From the NCBI RefSeq assembly GCF_963921235.1, contig NC_086097.1:93994001-94058000 (forward strand): a stretch of DNA of 64,000 nt, read 5' to 3'. Numbering within the stretch: position 1 is the stretch's first letter; every line of letters begins with the position of its first letter. The notes under the pieces were generated by a model. The model had not been told where the DNA came from. It ran no database searches and saw only the letters and a list, made by a program, of their open reading frames with translations. Made by a program: the position numbers and the translations under genes. Shown here piece by piece: positions 60,801-64,000 of the stretch. The DNA comes from Mobula hypostoma (taxonomy: Eukaryota).

Positions 60801-62214
60801 TATAGATGGCGAAATCACTTTGTTGTGTCAGCAGGTACGTTGCTTGCTATTCTCTGTCATTGCGAACTAAATCCTACTCTGCCTTCCCTTCTGGTGGCAC
60901 AGGCCTACCCCTGAGATAAGATGTGCCCAGGAAATGATGGAGTAATCTGGCATATCATTGCAGATTGTGTCAGCCTGTTACCTGACTGGTCTCTTGGTCA
61001 GCTATCTCTCAGTTTAGACACCAGTCCCCATAGGTTTGTGAAGGGATTTTGTTCAAGCTCATATGATTTAGGGATGACTTTGCATGTCAGTATTCAACAT
61101 CCATGTCACACACAAGAGTCAACACATGGAATATAAAGTTGCTTCTACACCAAACTGCAAAAAGAGTGCAGACTTCCTCTCTGAAGGGCATTAGTGAATT
61201 ATTCACTTTTTTATGACAATTTGGTAGAAGATTGTTGCAATTGTCTTTACTAGTTACTTTTGAAAATTCCAGATGCTTAATCTGCAATTAAAATTTCACT
61301 GCAACCCTGGTGAGATTTGATCCTGGTTGGCCATTGTGCTGCCACATACTCCCTGTGTGGCATTGCCCACATTGGTAGCTTGAAATGTTTAATGTCAAAC
61401 TAATTATTCCATTGGAATCCTGTTCAACAATTTCGCTTTTCTTTTGCAATTTTTTTTTGTTGGCTGTCAGTATGTTCCCCCAAATGAGACTGAGTTGGTG
61501 TATTTTTGTGTTCAGGCTTATTCCAGTCTGTGAACAGTTTGTCTCTGGGGAAATCTGATTCCAAGTAGTATACATAACCATCTGACACCTACTGAACTTT
61601 GGATTCACAACCTACTTCTGAGCTGTTCTGAAAAGAAATAATAATTTCAAACCTAGTTTTAACCCCATATACATCTTGAAGGAACTCCCAGCTTAATCCT
61701 ATTTTATAGCAAAGTGATCAAAAAACCCTGAGCTATACAAATTTACTCTTAATTTAAGAGGACAGAAATCTTATACATTTGGAAGATGTTGCATTTAATG
61801 TAGCAGTAGTTAAATTCTGAGGGTGGAAACACAGATACCTCATTCAGGCAGTGTATACTAAACCATGCTGTAAATGATGTTGCCAAATCTGAAAAATTGT
61901 TCAGTCCCCAGCAGGTTTAAACTTTATTTGCCTCAATGGAGAGATGGATTAATACAATGAGGAGCAGAGCCTTCCAGCTCACCAAATCTGAGATGATCGT
62001 CAAAGTTTATTGTCTTATGTAAAAGTACAATGTATGCACAGGTGCACTGAAAAACTTACTTGCAGCAGCACCACAGGCACATAGCACCAGATTCACAAGA
62101 AAAAACATAAACTATGCACTTTTTACAAGAAAAATCACAATTAGAACAAAAAGTAACAAAGTCAATTGCAGTGCAATATAAAGGTTAGTTGTCTGCTTAC
62201 ACTGATCCCATTTT

Positions 62215-62395
62215 ATTTTTCCCAACACAGGAGGGGCATTTTACAATTGTCAATTAACCAGTCAAACTGCACTTCTTAGGATGTGGGAGGGAAATCTAAG
62301 CCCTCAGAGGAAACGCATACACTCATAGGAGAACATGCAAACTCCATACAGACTACCAGAGGTCAGGATTGAAGCTGGGTCACTTGGGCTGTGCT
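62215..62395 (-). mobile_element. V-SINE-like fragment; weaker copy at about 62975-63190
   Basis: gggagggaaatc...ggagaacatgcaaactccatacagac, reverse V-domain-like. Confidence 0.6.
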
Positions 62396-62469
62396 GTTAT
62401 AGTTCTATTGTTCAGAAGGACATTTCTTTTAGCGTTTAGACAGTAAAGCAAATAGCATGAAACATGGAT

Positions 62470-62710
62470 ATGTCCAGAACTTGCTGCAGTGATCTTCCTG
62501 CTGCTGCCTTTAAGGAGTTTGTACATTCTACCCATGATTGCGTGGGTTTCCTTTGGGTGCTCCAGGTTCCTCCCACAGTCCAAAGATGTACCAGTCGGTA
62601 GGTTAATTAGTCCTTGTAAATTATCCTGTGATTAGGCTAGGGCTAAATCAGGTATTGCTGGGTGACACAACTCGAGGGACCTATTTCTGTGCTGTATCTC
62701 AGTAATTAGA
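62470..62710 (+). mobile_element. V-SINE-like element just upstream of exon 6
   Basis: gcgtgggtttcctttgggtgctccaggttcctcccacagtccaaagatgt; homologous to 43340-43640. Confidence 0.75.
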
Positions 62711-62786
62711 TCAAATCTTTTAATTGTTCTGATTCCAATAATCACTTTGTTTCACTATCTTTGTCATTTTTGCTTCCTTTCTTGAG

Positions 62787-62923
62787 GTGAATTTTACATC
62801 CTCAATGGCAACAAGTTCTGGATTACCAATGGACCTGATGCAGACGTTCTGATTGTTTATGCCAAGACAGACATTAATGCCAAACCAGCGTCACGTGGCA
62901 TCACAGCTTTCATTATAGAGAAG
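62787..62923 (+). CDS. IVD: IVD exon 6 equivalent (137 nt)
   Basis: ctttcttgag|GTGAA...GAGAAG|gtaac; (G)[45 protein letters not shown]. Confidence 0.96.
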
Positions 62924-64000
62924 GTAACATTTTACGCATTTCTCGTCAGGACTGTTTCTCTATTACCTTACAACATGGGAGGCCATTTTGTCCAATCACC
63001 TCATAGACTAATCTACCAACGTTGTTCCCCTGTAACTGAATCCCAGCAAATCGCGTCACTTCTCGGCAGATTTACTGGGGGAAATTTACAGTGTCCAGTT
63101 AACCCCTCAATCCTCATACCTTTAGGATGTGGGAAGAAACAGTGAATTGCAAAGGTTCCCGGAGGTCAGGATTGTTACTAAATCACTCACATCAGCTCTA
63201 CTGCCTTTGCCTCTGTGATGTTGGATATTTGTAAAACAGTATTACTTTCTATTTAACATAATGATGTAAGGTTTTGAATGTTCTGCTGAGCCTGCTGATG
63301 TGTAAAATTTACTATTTCCAAAAGTGAATCATGGTCTGGTGCTATTCTGTGAAGGCAAAGCTGCACTTGGCAGATTGGGAATCACTTGAGGAATTCATAG
63401 CTAACTGTGGTGATGAGGGATTCCCACATTGAGGATTCAAGAGATTTGAGGTCTCTTTGTGGAGTCCATTTATGGCCTGATAATCTATCATCACCATTTG
63501 GATTGCCCACTTTGACAAGTAGTTGAACCAGGTAGATTCCATATTTGGGCCCAGTAACGTGGAATCCCTGTTCAAGGACCTTGGATTTCAACTGGTACTC
63601 AAGCATCACTTTGTGGACATTATGGCAGGACCAGAGCCTCTCACCACCCCCCCCCATTCCCATTCCTCCCATTTTCTCCAATTCCGTGTAGCTGAGAGCT
63701 TGGCAGCTTGAAAAAAAATATATAGAGAACCCTTTGGCCTAAGGAATGAGTTCCCTGTCAGTGCTTTCTTGATAATAGATTCCTTATTTCTTCTATGCTG
63801 TAGGGACAAGAGGTTTTTTTCTGAAGGGAAATTTACAGGGAGGTTTAGCAAGCATCAGTCTAGAATAGATTTGCAGCGTGACTGACAAATTGCCAAAGGT
63901 TTAAGTTCTGAAGTGGAAATTGTAAATTGTATATTGAGTAGGTTTAGAGTGAATGTGGAAAGATAAATTTGGAGGAAGAAAGTAACTAGTTACAGGAGAA

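Noticed and set aside
63342..63851. Short ORFs after exon 6, possible exon 7
   Set aside because: No match to the expected GMPGF...LDKLGMRGS peptide in the ORFs or sequence read
1..64000. Prokaryotic systems (CRISPR, retron, DGR, operons) suggested by the many RT ORFs
   Set aside because: All RTs belong to eukaryotic LINEs within spliceosomal introns; no repeat-spacer arrays

Overview
Eukaryotic (vertebrate) genomic DNA, not prokaryotic. The whole window lies inside one + strand gene, isovaleryl-CoA dehydrogenase (IVD). Five internal coding exons, matching human exons 2-6 (90, 52, 170, 94, 137 nt), have GT-AG ends and splice in frame; exon 1 and exons 7 onward are outside the window. The very large introns (about 6-22 kb) are mostly decayed, often nested transposons: CR1, Rex1/Babar-type, L1 and Tx1 LINEs, Penelope-like fragments, tRNA-derived SINEs, Tc1, Tigger/pogo and hAT elements and two solo LTRs. 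This repertoire suggests a cartilaginous fish, probably a ray (inference). No CRISPR, rRNA or true tRNA genes were seen. The least explained stretch is about 37.1-40.9 kb: an LTR-terminated region with no recognisable gag/pol but two tandem decayed membrane-protein-like (env-like) frames. Also notable are inverted LINE pairs bracketing exon 2, solo LTRs with different U3 ends, a young Tx1 with a 16-bp TSD and multi-level nesting. Families were assigned by motif recognition, not database search, and boundaries are approximate unless a TSD/TIR is quoted.
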